DNA of 64,000 nucleotides from Candidatus Lachnocurva vaginae (GTDB taxonomy: Bacteria > Bacillota > Clostridia > Lachnospirales > Lachnospiraceae). The DNA lies in NCBI GenBank assembly GCA_011082265.1, contig CP049781.1, positions 476,333 through 540,332 on the forward strand, written 5' to 3'. The position numbers and the translations under genes are program-made. The notes beneath the pieces were generated by a model, which was not told where the DNA came from, did no database searches, and saw nothing but the letters and a program-made list of their open reading frames with translations. Below are positions 41,175 to 51,979 of the stretch, in pieces. Every line of letters starts with the position of its first letter. Position 1 is the first letter of the stretch.

Positions 41175-42926
41175 TTGGAAAATAAAAATAAAAGTGCTAT
41201 TTCAGAGTTATTTAAATACGCTGGTAGCGAGAAAACACAATTATACAAATCAATTTTGTTAGCAATCATAGGGGAAGTATTTGGAATGATTCCCTTTTTA
41301 GCTATAGCTAAATTGATAGAAAAAATTTATCAGTCAGAACTGTCATTTCAAACAGTGTTTTCTATAACTTTTGTAGCTTTAAGTGGACAAATTTTAAAAG
41401 GCATTTTCACTTTGTATTCAACAATGACTTCACATAAAGCAACCTTTCACATTTTGAAAAATATAAGAAGCTTAGTTGCAGAAAAAATGTTAAGAGTACC
41501 TATGGGTGTAATGATAGATACTCCTATAGGTAAATTTAAAAATTTAATTGTAGATACAGTGTCTAAGCTGGAAGATTCAATGGCTCATTTTATGCCGGAG
41601 ATAACATCAAGTATAGTATCTCCTGTTTTGTTTTTGGTTTTGATTTTTGCTTTGGACTATAGGATGGGGTTGGCTTCGCTACTTACAATTCCTTTAGGAA
41701 TGCTTGGATATATAGGTATGATGAGGGATTATGAGTTTAGAAGCAAAACATATACTACAGCTCAAAATAATATGAATAGTACTTTGGTTGAATATGTTAA
41801 TGGCATTGAGGTCATAAAAGCTTTTAATCATAGTACATCTTCATATGAAAAATTTACTAGTGCAATTCAATTTTTCCATGATAGTACCCTTGCTTGGTGG
41901 AAACAAAGCTGGTTATGGTCAGCATTTGTTCAAGCAGTTATGCCGTCAACACTTTTGGGGACTTTGCCAGTTGGTGCATATCTATATATGAATTTTCAAA
42001 TATCTCTATCAAATTTCATTGTGTGTATTATCTTACCTATCGGCTTTATTGCACATTTAATGAAAATCGGAAAGTATTCGGAGCAATTCAGTATGGTTAA
42101 GGCAAGTTTAGATGTAATAGATGAATTTTTATCGACAGAGGAACTTAAAAGACCAAAAGAGAAGGTAATCTTTGATGATACTATTTACCATTTTGAAAAT
42201 GTTTCATTTGCATACGATAAGGAACTTGTGTTAAAAAATATTAACTTTGAATTAAAACCTAATACAGTAACGGCACTGGTTGGCAACTCAGGATCCGGAA
42301 AATCAACTATAGCAAAGTTAATGGCTGGCTTTTGGGATCCAACAGCAGGTAACATAATTTATGGAGGTAAAAAAATTTCTGAAATTCCATTTGAACAGCT
42401 AACAAGTGAGATAAGCTATGTTGCTCAAGATAATTTTTTATTTAATACAAGTATAAAAGAAAATATAAAAATGGGAAACCCAACTGCAAGTGATGAGGAG
42501 GTTATTGAGGTGGCTAAAGCTGCATCTTGCCATGACTTTATTATGGAACTTGAAGATGGATATAACACAAAGGTCGGTGATGCAGGAGGTTATTTGTCGG
42601 GTGGAGAAAGGCAAAGAATTACCATTGCAAGAGCAATGTTAAAACAATCTAAGGTAATAATTTTAGATGAAGCAACTGCATTTGCGGATCCAGAAAATGA
42701 ATATCTCATTCAAAGTGCAATTAACAATCTTATTAAAGGAAAGACTCTTATAGTGGTTGCTCACAGACTTTCTACTATTACAAATGCTGATACAATCCTT
42801 GTTATGAAAGATGGAGAAATTGTAGAGAATGGAACTCATGAAAATCTTGTGAAAAAAGATGGAGTATATGCTTCCTTGTGGAAAAATTATGTGGGCAGAC
42901 TAGATGACGGAAAGGAGGCGATTTAA
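41175..42926 (+). CDS. ABC exporter, fused permease-ATPase (type I exporter half-transporter)
   Basis: 6-TM N-terminal domain, GNSGSGKST Walker A, LSGGERQR signature. Confidence 0.85.
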   Translation: MENKNKSAISELFKYAGSEKTQLYKSILLAIIGEVFGMIPFLAIAKLIEKIYQSELSFQTVFSITFVALSGQILKGIFTLYSTMTSHKATFHILKNIRSLVAEKMLRVPMGVMIDTPIGKFKNLIVDTVSKLEDSMAHFMPEITSSIVSPVLFLVLIFALDYRMGLASLLTIPLGMLGYIGMMRDYEFRSKTYTTAQNNMNSTLVEYVNGIEVIKAFNHSTSSYEKFTSAIQFFHDSTLAWWKQSWLWSAFVQAVMPSTLLGTLPVGAYLYMNFQISLSNFIVCIILPIGFIAHLMKIGKYSEQFSMVKASLDVIDEFLSTEELKRPKEKVIFDDTIYHFENVSFAYDKELVLKNINFELKPNTVTALVGNSGSGKSTIAKLMAGFWDPTAGNIIYGGKKISEIPFEQLTSEISYVAQDNFLFNTSIKENIKMGNPTASDEEVIEVAKAASCHDFIMELEDGYNTKVGDAGGYLSGGERQRITIARAMLKQSKVIILDEATAFADPENEYLIQSAINNLIKGKTLIVVAHRLSTITNADTILVMKDGEIVENGTHENLVKKDGVYASLWKNYVGRLDDGKEAI

Positions 42927-44651
42927 GTGATTGCGATTGTAAAACGAATATTAAAAATATCAGGGAAATATCGAAAAAATGTAATCCTTGGTCTTATATT
43001 TAGTGGATTAAAATCATTTTTCGTTTCTTTGATGTTGTTGGCGGTTTTATTGATTATGATTAATCTTAAACAATTGAACATGACTATTATTATGCAGGCA
43101 ACAGCGATTATAGTTGTGAGTATATTCGGCAGATTCATATTTCAGTATCTTTGCGATAGAAAACTTAGTGCTTCAGGCTACGAGATTTTTAAGGATAAAA
43201 GAATTGAAATAGGCGAAAAATTAAAGAAAGCTCCGATGGGATATTTTTCAGAAAAAAACTTAGGGACAATTCAAGCTGTTCTAACGACAACTATTTCCGA
43301 CTTAGAAGCTATGGCAATGCTTGCAATGAACTTTATTGTTGGTGGGTTTTTCCAAGCTCTAACTATGACAATCATGTTATTAATCTTTTGTTTCCCGGTA
43401 GGGATGGTGTCTTTAATTGCGATAATCTTTGGAATAGTTGTTCTTAAATTAATCACAAAGAAAACTGAAAAATATTCTCCTATTATGCAAGATTCGCAGG
43501 AAATATTAGTTACAGAAGCAATTGAATATATCAGAGGAATTTCTGTGCTTCGTTCATTTAAGAAAGGGACTGATGGAAAAAATAAAGTTGAAAAAGCTTT
43601 TATGAGGAAATGCGAAGTTGATATTGAGGTCAATGAAGGTTCAGCTTATTTAATGAAATTATATGAAATGATTTTCAAGGTAGCAAGTTGTGCTTTAGTG
43701 TTTGTTGCTACGGTTTTATATATGAATTCACAAATTCCACTTTCATATGCACTGATGTTTATAGTATCTGCCTTTCTGATTTTTTTGGAATTGGAGTTGG
43801 TCAGCGATGGAGCTTTTTTAAGTAGGATGCTTGCAACACAACTTAATAGACTGGAATATATTTCGGATATACCTTCACTTGATGATGGTGGAAAAGAGAT
43901 TGATTTGGATTCCTATGATATTGAATTGAAAGATGTTTGTTTCGGCTATGGAGAAAGGGAGATTTTGAATAATATAAACTTGCAAATAAAGTCTAATAGC
44001 AGTTTAGCCATTGTGGGTGCTTCAGGTTCTGGGAAAACAACGCTATGTAATCTGATAGCAAGATTTTGGGATGTAAAAAAAGGTGAAGTTCTTATTGGTG
44101 GAAATAATGTTAAGGATTTTACTTCTGAAAGCCTTTTAAAAAATATCAGTATGGTATTTCAGAAGGTGTATTTGTTTAATGACACGATCGAAAACAATAT
44201 AAAATTTGGAAATCCTAATGCTACACACGAAGAGGTGGTAGAGGCTTGCAAGAAAGCATGCTGTCATGAATTTATAACAAGCCTTAGTGATGGGTACGAT
44301 ACTGTTGTTGGTGAAGGCGGATCAACATTATCCGGAGGAGAAAAACAGAGAATTTCAATTGCACGAGCAATTCTTAAGGATGCTCCAATTATTATACTTG
44401 ATGAGGCAACATCAAGCGTAGATCCTGAAAACGAGTATATGTTAATCAGTGCAATTAAGGAATTAACAAAAAATAAAACGCTTATTAGTATTGCACATAG
44501 ACTATCTACAGTAAGAGAAGCAGATCAAATTATTGTCATTGATAAAGGTAGAATTGTGCAATGGGGAAATCATAAGGAACTAATTGGTCAAGATGGAGTA
44601 TATAAACATTTCATTGAAATAAAAAAACAATCTATTGGCTGGCAAATATAG
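42927..44651 (+). CDS. ABC exporter, fused permease-ATPase (heterodimer partner)
   Basis: 6-TM domain, GASGSGKTT Walker A, LSGGEKQR signature. Start overlaps the upstream stop. Confidence 0.85.
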   Translation: MIAIVKRILKISGKYRKNVILGLIFSGLKSFFVSLMLLAVLLIMINLKQLNMTIIMQATAIIVVSIFGRFIFQYLCDRKLSASGYEIFKDKRIEIGEKLKKAPMGYFSEKNLGTIQAVLTTTISDLEAMAMLAMNFIVGGFFQALTMTIMLLIFCFPVGMVSLIAIIFGIVVLKLITKKTEKYSPIMQDSQEILVTEAIEYIRGISVLRSFKKGTDGKNKVEKAFMRKCEVDIEVNEGSAYLMKLYEMIFKVASCALVFVATVLYMNSQIPLSYALMFIVSAFLIFLELELVSDGAFLSRMLATQLNRLEYISDIPSLDDGGKEIDLDSYDIELKDVCFGYGEREILNNINLQIKSNSSLAIVGASGSGKTTLCNLIARFWDVKKGEVLIGGNNVKDFTSESLLKNISMVFQKVYLFNDTIENNIKFGNPNATHEEVVEACKKACCHEFITSLSDGYDTVVGEGGSTLSGGEKQRISIARAILKDAPIIILDEATSSVDPENEYMLISAIKELTKNKTLISIAHRLSTVREADQIIVIDKGRIVQWGNHKELIGQDGVYKHFIEIKKQSIGWQI

Positions 44652-44659
44652 GTGATGAA

Positions 44660-46168
44660 ATGAGAGATGTAGTTATTGAGTTTGATAATGTAAGTTTCAG
44701 TTACGGGACACAATCAGAAAGAAGTCTTAGTAATATAAATCTTAAAATTAAAGAAGGAGAATTTGTATTGGTTACTGGTCAGTCTGGTTCAGGGAAAACA
44801 ACTGTTACAAGATTGATAAACGGCTTGATTCCTCATTTCTTTGAAGGAGTTTTGACTGGAAGCGTGAAAGTAATAGGAGATGATATAAAGAATGTTACTC
44901 CCGGAGAAATGGGTAAAAATACTGCTTCTATATTTCAAAATCCACGAAGTCAATTTTTTACAACGAATAGTACCAATGAAGTGGCATTTGCTCTTGAAAA
45001 TTATGGAATAGATAGAGATGAAATGATAGATAGAGTAAATTGCTCGTTTCACGATTTTGAAGCTGAAAATCTTATGGATAGGGATATGTTTTCTTTATCT
45101 AGTGGTGAAAAACAGAAGATAGCGATTATAGCTGCAAAAACCTTGAATCCTAAGATTTATGTTTTCGATGAGCCATCTGCAAATTTAGATATTCCTTCAA
45201 TTCTTAAATTGAAGGAAATAATGGAAAGCTTAAAGAAACAAGGACATACAGTGATTGTTTCAGAGCATAGAGTGTTTTACTTAAAAAATTTGGTAGATAA
45301 ATGCTTGATAATGAAAGATGGAGAAATTGATAGGCAACTAAATCACGATGATATTGAAAATTTGAATGAAACAGATCTTCAAACATATAAACTTAGAACA
45401 TTTAATTTGAGCAATATCAAGTATGGCTTGAAGAACAATGCACCTATTAGTAAGCAACAATCAGACTTTAAGGTGGAGAATTTATCATTTTCGTATAATG
45501 CAAATAATTCGATTTTAAATAATTGTAATTTAGAAGGAAATTTTGGTGAAACAGTAGCTATAGTTGGGCACAATGGAAACGGCAAAACTACATTAGGGAA
45601 AATAATGTCAGGTTTATTAAAAGCAAAAAGTGGACAATTTTTTATTGAAAGCAAACTTACAAAGCAAAAGAATTTACATAAAAGTGTATATTTTGTAATG
45701 CAAGATGCAGATTTTCAATTGTACTCCGATTCTGTTGTTTCTGAGTTAATGCTCAGTTCTATGAATAGTATTAAGCAAAATGATGAAAAAATAGAAAATG
45801 CGCTGACTTTATTGAATATTTCATCATTAAGAGATAGACATCCGCATAGCTTATCAGGAGGGCAAAAGCAGCGAGTTACTATTGCAGCTGCTATAGCTTC
45901 AAATAAAAAAATTCTGATTTTTGATGAGCCAACTAGTGGACTTGATTATGAGAACATGAAAGGTGTATCGGAAGCAATAAATTATCTTCGTAAAAAAGGA
46001 AAACTGATTTTTGTTATTTCTCATGATTTAGAATTTTTAAGTAAAGTAGCAACTAAAGCAGTGTTTATAGAGAACAATACTATCATTCAAAGCATCAGTT
46101 TGAAGAATAGTGATGATTTTGAAATAATAAAAAGATTTTTATTACAGAATGAGAGATATGAAGAATGA
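44660..46168 (+). CDS. tandem-NBD ABC ATPase (ECF transporter EcfAA'-like)
   Basis: Two Walker A sites (GQSGSGKTT, GHNGNGKTT) and two signature motifs (LSSGEKQK, LSGGQKQR); 502 aa with no TMD. Confidence 0.75.
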   Translation: MRDVVIEFDNVSFSYGTQSERSLSNINLKIKEGEFVLVTGQSGSGKTTVTRLINGLIPHFFEGVLTGSVKVIGDDIKNVTPGEMGKNTASIFQNPRSQFFTTNSTNEVAFALENYGIDRDEMIDRVNCSFHDFEAENLMDRDMFSLSSGEKQKIAIIAAKTLNPKIYVFDEPSANLDIPSILKLKEIMESLKKQGHTVIVSEHRVFYLKNLVDKCLIMKDGEIDRQLNHDDIENLNETDLQTYKLRTFNLSNIKYGLKNNAPISKQQSDFKVENLSFSYNANNSILNNCNLEGNFGETVAIVGHNGNGKTTLGKIMSGLLKAKSGQFFIESKLTKQKNLHKSVYFVMQDADFQLYSDSVVSELMLSSMNSIKQNDEKIENALTLLNISSLRDRHPHSLSGGQKQRVTIAAAIASNKKILIFDEPTSGLDYENMKGVSEAINYLRKKGKLIFVISHDLEFLSKVATKAVFIENNTIIQSISLKNSDDFEIIKRFLLQNERYEE

Positions 46169-46866
46169 ACAAATCTTGTAAACATAATGGAATAAGATAT
46201 GATCCAAGGATTAAGCTGTTACAAGTTTTAATTATAGGGATTTTAGCATTTACATTAACTGGTAAAAAGTATGAAGTTCTACTTTTTTTATCGGTGTTTG
46301 TATATGGAATGATAAGTGGAATTTACAAAACTTGTTTTAAATTCTTAGTTTTATATGTAGTGTTGTTTATGGTAGCAGAAATAAGTCCTTTATTTATTTC
46401 AACAACAATACACTACTTTATCCTTCGCTTTGTAACATTGACATTTGCGGCTGTTAATATGAGTAGGACAAGTGATGTATCTGAAGTATTAGCTTCCTTG
46501 CAAAATATGAAAATCCCATATTATTTAAACATTCCATTAGCTGTTATATTAAGATTTTTTCCCACTCTAAAACAAGATATTACTTGTATAAAGCAGGGAA
46601 TTAAGACGAGAGGGATTGATATTTCATTCCTTGGATTTTTAAAACATCCATTTAAAATTTATGAAATGATGTTGATTCCTATGTTAATGCGAATGTTATG
46701 TACTGCAACTGAGTTGTCGGCATCTGTTGAGACACGAGGACTTGGAGTTTCGTGCAAAAAAACCAGTTATACAGAAGTCAAATTTCGTATGCTTGATATG
46801 TTATTGCTAGTAATAATGATGGTATTTTATATAACTATCATCATTATGAAAATAAAAAATATTTAA
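46165..46866 (+). CDS. ECF transporter T-component-like (CbiQ family) membrane protein
   Basis: 233 aa, polytopic, overlaps the upstream ATPase stop. Confidence 0.5.
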   Translation: MNKSCKHNGIRYDPRIKLLQVLIIGILAFTLTGKKYEVLLFLSVFVYGMISGIYKTCFKFLVLYVVLFMVAEISPLFISTTIHYFILRFVTLTFAAVNMSRTSDVSEVLASLQNMKIPYYLNIPLAVILRFFPTLKQDITCIKQGIKTRGIDISFLGFLKHPFKIYEMMLIPMLMRMLCTATELSASVETRGLGVSCKKTSYTEVKFRMLDMLLLVIMMVFYITIIIMKIKNI

Positions 46867-46877
46867 AAATAAGGAGA

Positions 46878-47465
46878 ATGATTATGGAAGAAAAAAAGAA
46901 ATTTCAAATTAAAGATTTAATTATTACAGCACTAATGGTGTTATGCTCACAAGTTTTATATAGAGTATTATCCTTTTTGTTCGTATCACCATACACAATG
47001 TTATTAGCCGTCCCAGTATGGTCAATTATAGGAGCAATTGCTTATTTTTTGGTTCCGGTAAAAACAAAAAATCCTTGGATGATTTTATTGTTCTGCATAC
47101 TTACAGGAATTATAAGCTTTTATCCGCCATATATAATTAGTTTGATAATCGCAGGAATTATTGCGATGGTAATTGCACAAACAAAGGGAATACAAAATTA
47201 TAAAGGATTAACAATCGGTTATATAATATTTTGTGCTCTTGCTGGTTTTGGTGGAATGTGTGTTCCATTTCTTTTCTATGCAGAGCAAACGATTAAATCT
47301 TATGAAAAAATGTTTGGCAGTGAATACATGAAAACTCTAACTAAACTTGTTTCCCCTATGACCTCAGTAATATTTCTTGTTGTTATAGTGATTTGTGCGT
47401 TGATTGGAGCAATAATTTCCAAGAAACTATTGAAGAAGCATTTTGAAAAAGCGGGAATGATTTAA
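46878..47465 (+). CDS. small polytopic membrane protein, ECF S-component-like (Trep_Strep-type)
   Basis: 195 aa, 5-6 TM helices, an N-terminal MEEKKKFQIKDLI typical of S components. Confidence 0.4.
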   Translation: MIMEEKKKFQIKDLIITALMVLCSQVLYRVLSFLFVSPYTMLLAVPVWSIIGAIAYFLVPVKTKNPWMILLFCILTGIISFYPPYIISLIIAGIIAMVIAQTKGIQNYKGLTIGYIIFCALAGFGGMCVPFLFYAEQTIKSYEKMFGSEYMKTLTKLVSPMTSVIFLVVIVICALIGAIISKKLLKKHFEKAGMI

Positions 47466-47595
47466 TCAATCTATATTAGTGAGAAAAAAAGGATTAAATA
47501 ATGGAGTTAATTTACATCTATTGTTTAAGCTATACTGGTAATTATCATAAAAAATCAAATTTAAAATATAGATAAATAGCAAATTTATTTCTCTT

Positions 47596-47633
47596 AAGAG
47601 GATTTATGCCTTAGAGCATAAGTCCTCTTTTTA
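47596..47633 (+). terminator. rho-independent terminator ending the TetR-ABC cluster
   Basis: aagaggatttatgc-cttaga-gcataagtcctctt followed by TTT. Confidence 0.75.
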
Positions 47634-47722
47634 TGTTCAAATAAATCATTAAAAATCAAAAATACTATAAAAAAATAAAAATTCTGGTTACCAAAGAGGG
47701 TGAATTTCACTTTATAAAGTGA

Positions 47723-47962
47723 GGGGTATTTTGTCATCATTCAAAGGGAATACAAGAAGCAGCAATAGAAAAAGCATTTGTTGAAAGCTATAGGCAATTA
47801 TGCCATGCAGATTCAACAGTAATAGATGACTTTTTAAAAATTGTTGAAGAAGAAATAAATGATGAATCCTTAGTCAAAGATTTGAAAAAGATAGAAAATC
47901 AATTAAATAGAATCATTAGTCAAGAAAGAAAGCTTAACATTTTATTTCAAAACAGGAGTTAA
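47723..47962 (+). pseudogene. 5'-truncated ORF fragment (79 codons, no start codon); unidentified, coiled-coil C-terminus
   Basis: Open frame from the TGA at 47720 to the TAA at 47960 with no ATG/GTG/TTG start. Reads ..EAAIEKAFVESYRQLCHADSTVIDDFLKIVEEEINDESLVKDLKKIENQLNRIISQERKLNILFQ. Confidence 0.3.
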
Positions 47963-48099
47963 AGATAGTCAAGATTCTAATAATTTCAAAGATAAAAGAA
48001 AAAATGCCAAAGACAATTACAGTGATAAATTGTGGTCTTACAAGAATGACGAGGATAAAAAATTATGTTTCCAAGCAAAAGACAACGCATGTTGAGAGT

Positions 48100-48560
48100 G
48101 TTGTATTGATGTCAAAGGCTTAATAGCCGGGTGCAAGTTTGCCCTTGTGTAGCAAGGCTTAGCGAGGGCTATCGTTAAAAGGTTTAATGCGAAGCGGCTG
48201 TAAGCCAAACCGTTCGATGACGGAAAAATTCAGCTCCGGCTTTCCCATGCTTCGGATCGCCCGGCGATGAACAGGCAGCTGTTCCGATTATGGAGCCCTA
48301 CACTGCCGCTTATCCTCAATAGTAAACAGAACGATGTATTGTTTATCGGGCCGGAAACACCTTAAAATACATCAGCCGTAAAATAATTTACACCACCAAT
48401 GCCATAGAAAGCCTAAATGCGGGGTGCAGACGCCTTAATAAAGGAAGGACGATATTCCAAGCTTGCAGCACTTTTTTTCCTATGGTACAATGAATTTGCT
48501 TGGGGGATGACCACAAGCGTCAAATGGCAAGCTGTGCCGGTAAGGTACAAGTTGGACAAA
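48100..48560 (+). mobile_element. degenerate relic of an IS256-family (Mutator-type) transposase gene in a GC-rich patch
   Basis: 48362-48460 encodes LKYISRKIIYTTNAIESLNAGCRRLNKGRTIF, matching the C-terminal IS256 signature (IRRLIYTTNAIESxNRQxRKVTK..IFP). A frameshifted continuation follows. The GC content is clearly higher than the surroundings. Confidence 0.6.
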
Positions 48561-48665
48561 TAGCTGTTTACAGAGATTTTTCTACGCACTCAATGTTGTC
48601 GATTTTGTAAACGGAGTAGGTGATCCAAACAGTGCAAACGGCGCTGCTTCAATGGGAGGCTGATT

Positions 48666-49613
48666 ATGAAAAAGCAAAGCAAAAACAAACGAAACATGCT
48701 GCTAGTTGTGTGCGTTATAGTTTTTGCGATGCTTTTTGTTGTATTCGGGCTCTTAAGGAACAGAATTTTTCAGTCAAGTATTGTAAGAAACGTTAGCGAC
48801 AAAATCGATTTTATCGTCAATACTAAACAACTTAAAATCCCTGATGACGCCCTTGCTTTTTCGGTGTATGACATGGATGCGAACAGTTACTTATTTTATG
48901 AAGGAGCGGGTCAGGAGCCAACCGTTGCAAGCCTGTCAAAACTTTTTGCTATAGATTATGCACTTAGTAAGGTTAAGCCTGATGACGTTTTTGAAGCAAA
49001 CGAAGAAACGCTTAAACTTGTTCCTGCCGGCTCATCGGTAGCTAATTTGACACGTGGCACGTATACTGCAAAGCAAATTATGCAGGCGATGCTTGTTCCA
49101 TCCGGAAATGATGCGGCGTATGTTATGGCATATAATATCGGCAAAATGGATTTAGGTGCAGGTCATAGCGCAAAAGAATATATCAATCATTTTGTAAAAT
49201 CACTGAGAACCTATTTAGCACGTGAGGGCTATGGCAAAACAGATCTCTTTGACCCAAGTGGATTTTCTATGCAGGCCACTACCAATTTGGATGACGTCAA
49301 TAGGGTGACGCTTAAACTGCTCGATTACGATTTTGTCAAAGAGTGCATGGGAGAGAGCTCATTTACCATTACAACAAAACAAGGTAATTTTACGTGGAAA
49401 AATACCAATGAATTTTTAGATAAAGACTCGCTGTTTTATAACAAGCACATCAAAGGTGTAAAAACGGGAACTATGGCTTCTTCTTATAATATCATTGCCC
49501 TGTACGAGAACAATGGCAAAAGATATTTAATTACCTGTTTAGCTGCACATTCCAATAAAGACAGATATCGAGCCGTTCGGAACGCCATAAATAAGGTTAT
49601 AGAAAAGCGTTAA
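48666..49613 (+). CDS. serine-type D-alanyl-D-alanine carboxypeptidase (peptidase S11 / PBP5-like)
   Basis: SxxK (ASLSKLF), SGN (PSGNDAAY) and KTG (VKTGTM) motifs; N-terminal signal/TM. Confidence 0.7.
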   Translation: MKKQSKNKRNMLLVVCVIVFAMLFVVFGLLRNRIFQSSIVRNVSDKIDFIVNTKQLKIPDDALAFSVYDMDANSYLFYEGAGQEPTVASLSKLFAIDYALSKVKPDDVFEANEETLKLVPAGSSVANLTRGTYTAKQIMQAMLVPSGNDAAYVMAYNIGKMDLGAGHSAKEYINHFVKSLRTYLAREGYGKTDLFDPSGFSMQATTNLDDVNRVTLKLLDYDFVKECMGESSFTITTKQGNFTWKNTNEFLDKDSLFYNKHIKGVKTGTMASSYNIIALYENNGKRYLITCLAAHSNKDRYRAVRNAINKVIEKR

Positions 49614-49615
49614 CC

Positions 49616-49948
49616 CTATAGCTTGGGGCACAAAGGCAACATATTATCAATCAAATCTTCATCATTGTAAGAAAGCGTGATGCCATTTAGAGCTAGAAAG
49701 ATTAGCATGGCGTGGGTGCCAATGTGCTTATTGCCATCAATAAAAGAGTAGTTTTTGATCAATCCAAAGGCCAGCCGTGTGGCTTTATCCAGTAGTGAAG
49801 GAAAAAGTTCACTTTTATCAAAAGTCTGTAGTGGAGTTTTTAGCACAGAGTCTAGCATTCTCTCATCACGAATACCTAACGAGCCACCACTTGTTTCAAT
49901 CAGAGCTTGATGAAGTCTAACTACTTGATCTTGGGTTAGATACTTCAT
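49616..49948 (-). CDS. doc: type II toxin Doc (death-on-curing, Fic fold)
   Basis: Fic motif region FIDGNKHIGTHAM. Confidence 0.8.
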   Translation of the reverse strand: MKYLTQDQVVRLHQALIETSGGSLGIRDERMLDSVLKTPLQTFDKSELFPSLLDKATRLAFGLIKNYSFIDGNKHIGTHAMLIFLALNGITLSYNDEDLIDNMLPLCPKL

Positions 49949-50187
49949 TTAGCTAATTCCTCATAGACTTTTGTATTCTTTTTGATGAACATATCCGATA
50001 AAGCCATGACCTCATCATCAGCTGGAGCAGAAATCTCATCGACTTTAGGGAACTCTAAAATCACATAGCGCGGAGAGTTGTTTTTTAGTATTACAGCTGA
50101 GCCGTATTTATCGACAAGACGAGCAACCTTTGAGAAGTTTTGATTGGCTTCAGAAATTGAAATCAGCGTATCTGTATTTACATTCAT
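49945..50187 (-). CDS. phd: Phd/YefM-family antitoxin
   Basis: 80 aa, ISISEANQNFSKV N-terminus; overlaps doc by 4 nt. Confidence 0.65.
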   Translation of the reverse strand: MNVNTDTLISISEANQNFSKVARLVDKYGSAVILKNNSPRYVILEFPKVDEISAPADDEVMALSDMFIKKNTKVYEELAK

Positions 50188-50440
50188 AACGATAGCCTCC
50201 TTTTAAGGAGATTATACCCTATATTTTAGGATGAATCAATCCTAAGTATTTCAAATCTAGTCATAACTATTAACTCAGAAAAGATATGAAAGGTGTCAAT
50301 CGGAACTCATGGTTTTACGATTGAAGCTGTATAAATACAACAGTTTTAGGTTTGAGCATTAGACGGCAATGCTAGCAAAAAACACTTGACTATGACGTTG
50401 CGTAATACTTTATTCTAGTGATAAGGAAGGAGGTGAGATA

Positions 50441-51015
50441 GTGAAAACAGTGAATGAAGTCAGCAAGATAGCAGGAATTAGTATTCGTACTCTTCAGTAT
50501 TACGACAAAATCGGTTTGTTAAAACCGTCCGCTTATTCGGAGTCAGGATATAGGTTGTATGGTGATGAGGATTTAAAGGTACTACAATCCATTTTACTGT
50601 TTAAAGCTTTGGAATTTCCGCTCAAAGAAATTAAAGAAATAATAACCAGTGAGCATTTCGACAAAGATTTAGTACTGGAACAACAAATCAAATTATTAAT
50701 CCTGAAAAAAGAGCATTTGGAAAATTTAATTCTTTTTGCAAAGGGATTAAAAGCATTAGGAGGTAACTATATGAACTTTACAGCATTTGACACAAGCTAA
50801 AATCACAACACAGCGATTCAGTTGAAGTTCAGGCTTTGGTAAAGAAACTGCAGGAATTTATTACAGCTAATTTCTATAAGTGCTCGAATGAGATTTTATC
50901 CGGACTTGGCAAGATGTATGCTTCTGGTGGTGATTTTACGAAAAATATAGATGCGTTTGCAGGCGAAGGGACATCAGTATTTGTCAACAAGGCAATCGAA
51001 TATTATTGCAAGTAA
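50441..51015 (+). pseudogene. MerR-family (TipA/Mta-like) regulator disrupted by a frameshift/deletion between the HTH-dimerisation region and the TipAS-like C-terminal domain
   Basis: The N-terminal ORF 50441-50800 carries the MerR HTH (IAGISIRTLQYYDKIGLL). A C-terminal ORF in another frame (about 50791-51015) reads ..NFYKCSNEILSGLGKMYASGGDFTKNIDAFAGEGTSVFVNKAIEYYCK, which is TipAS-like. The frames switch near 50790. Confidence 0.55.
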
Positions 51016-51475
51016 GTTTTATAATCGAATTATTGATTAAAAACACCTAATTAACTAATGTAGTGCTCCCAAAAGTTGGACCAAAAATCTAAATTTTGGA
51101 GATCATTACAAAAAGGTGCTTTAATTTTCTACCAGAATAAAAAATTGTTTTGTAGAAAATAGATTCTTAAACCTTTTAACGATAGCTTTTCCTATCGTTA
51201 AAAAGTGCACCCAATATCCATAGTGTGCACTCAAAAAAGTGTAAATAGACTACCTGTTCACTCAATCAACGTGGAAGTTATAGAGTTGATACAAAAGATG
51301 TAAATTTAGAAATCCTGCATTTTAAGCAGTTTTATAAGCATTTTTAGAATTGAAAATCAGGCTGCGAAATATGCCCGGAAAAGTGTATAAAACCTTGGTG
51401 TTTTTATAGTCGGATAGACAGGAATATTGAGAATAGGTTGGGCATACGAAAATAATGAATGGTAGGTGATTCTAG

Positions 51476-51979
51476 TTGGCATACGGAAAATCAATAGAGT
51501 TGTTTCTTGTAAATGGAACGGCTGACAGTTTGATTATTGCAGAGTTATCAAATTGGAATGGAAAAGCAATTAAGATTCCTCGTATTGAGGTTTCTTCTTG
51601 TAATCGTGAGGATATTACACAGGCAGGAGTATATTTCTTGTTTTGTAAGGAAGACGATGGTTCTGATTCTGTATATATTGGAGAAGCGGAAAATGTTAAA
51701 GAAAGACTTGTACAGCATTTAAGAGATTATCAATCTGAAAAAGAAACATACTACTGGAGTAGTGCAGTTGTCTTTATTGGCAGAGATCTCAATAAGGCAT
51801 TGATTAGATATTTGGAAAATCGTTTTGTGGAGATTGCGAGAGCAAGTAAACGATATCTTGTACTTACCAAGAATACCTACCGAAATACAGTTATGAAAGA
51901 ATCGCAGGTAGCTGTAATGGAGGAGTTTGTAGACAATGTAAAGACACTTATCAATGCTTTATTTAAAAACATCAGTTAA
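51476..51979 (+). CDS. GIY-YIG nuclease-domain protein (167 aa)
   Basis: GVYFLF..(11)..VYIGEAENVKERLVQH GIY-YIG core. TTG start. The first 16 nt of the gene are duplicated 38 bp upstream (51438-51453). Confidence 0.5.
   Translation: MAYGKSIELFLVNGTADSLIIAELSNWNGKAIKIPRIEVSSCNREDITQAGVYFLFCKEDDGSDSVYIGEAENVKERLVQHLRDYQSEKETYYWSSAVVFIGRDLNKALIRYLENRFVEIARASKRYLVLTKNTYRNTVMKESQVAVMEEFVDNVKTLINALFKNIS

Noticed and set aside
48100-48300. GC-rich stretch checked for a tRNA/tmRNA gene (contains ccgttcgatg, T-loop-like).
   Set aside because: No acceptor or anticodon stem arrangement can be built around it. It is more consistent with degraded IS coding sequence.
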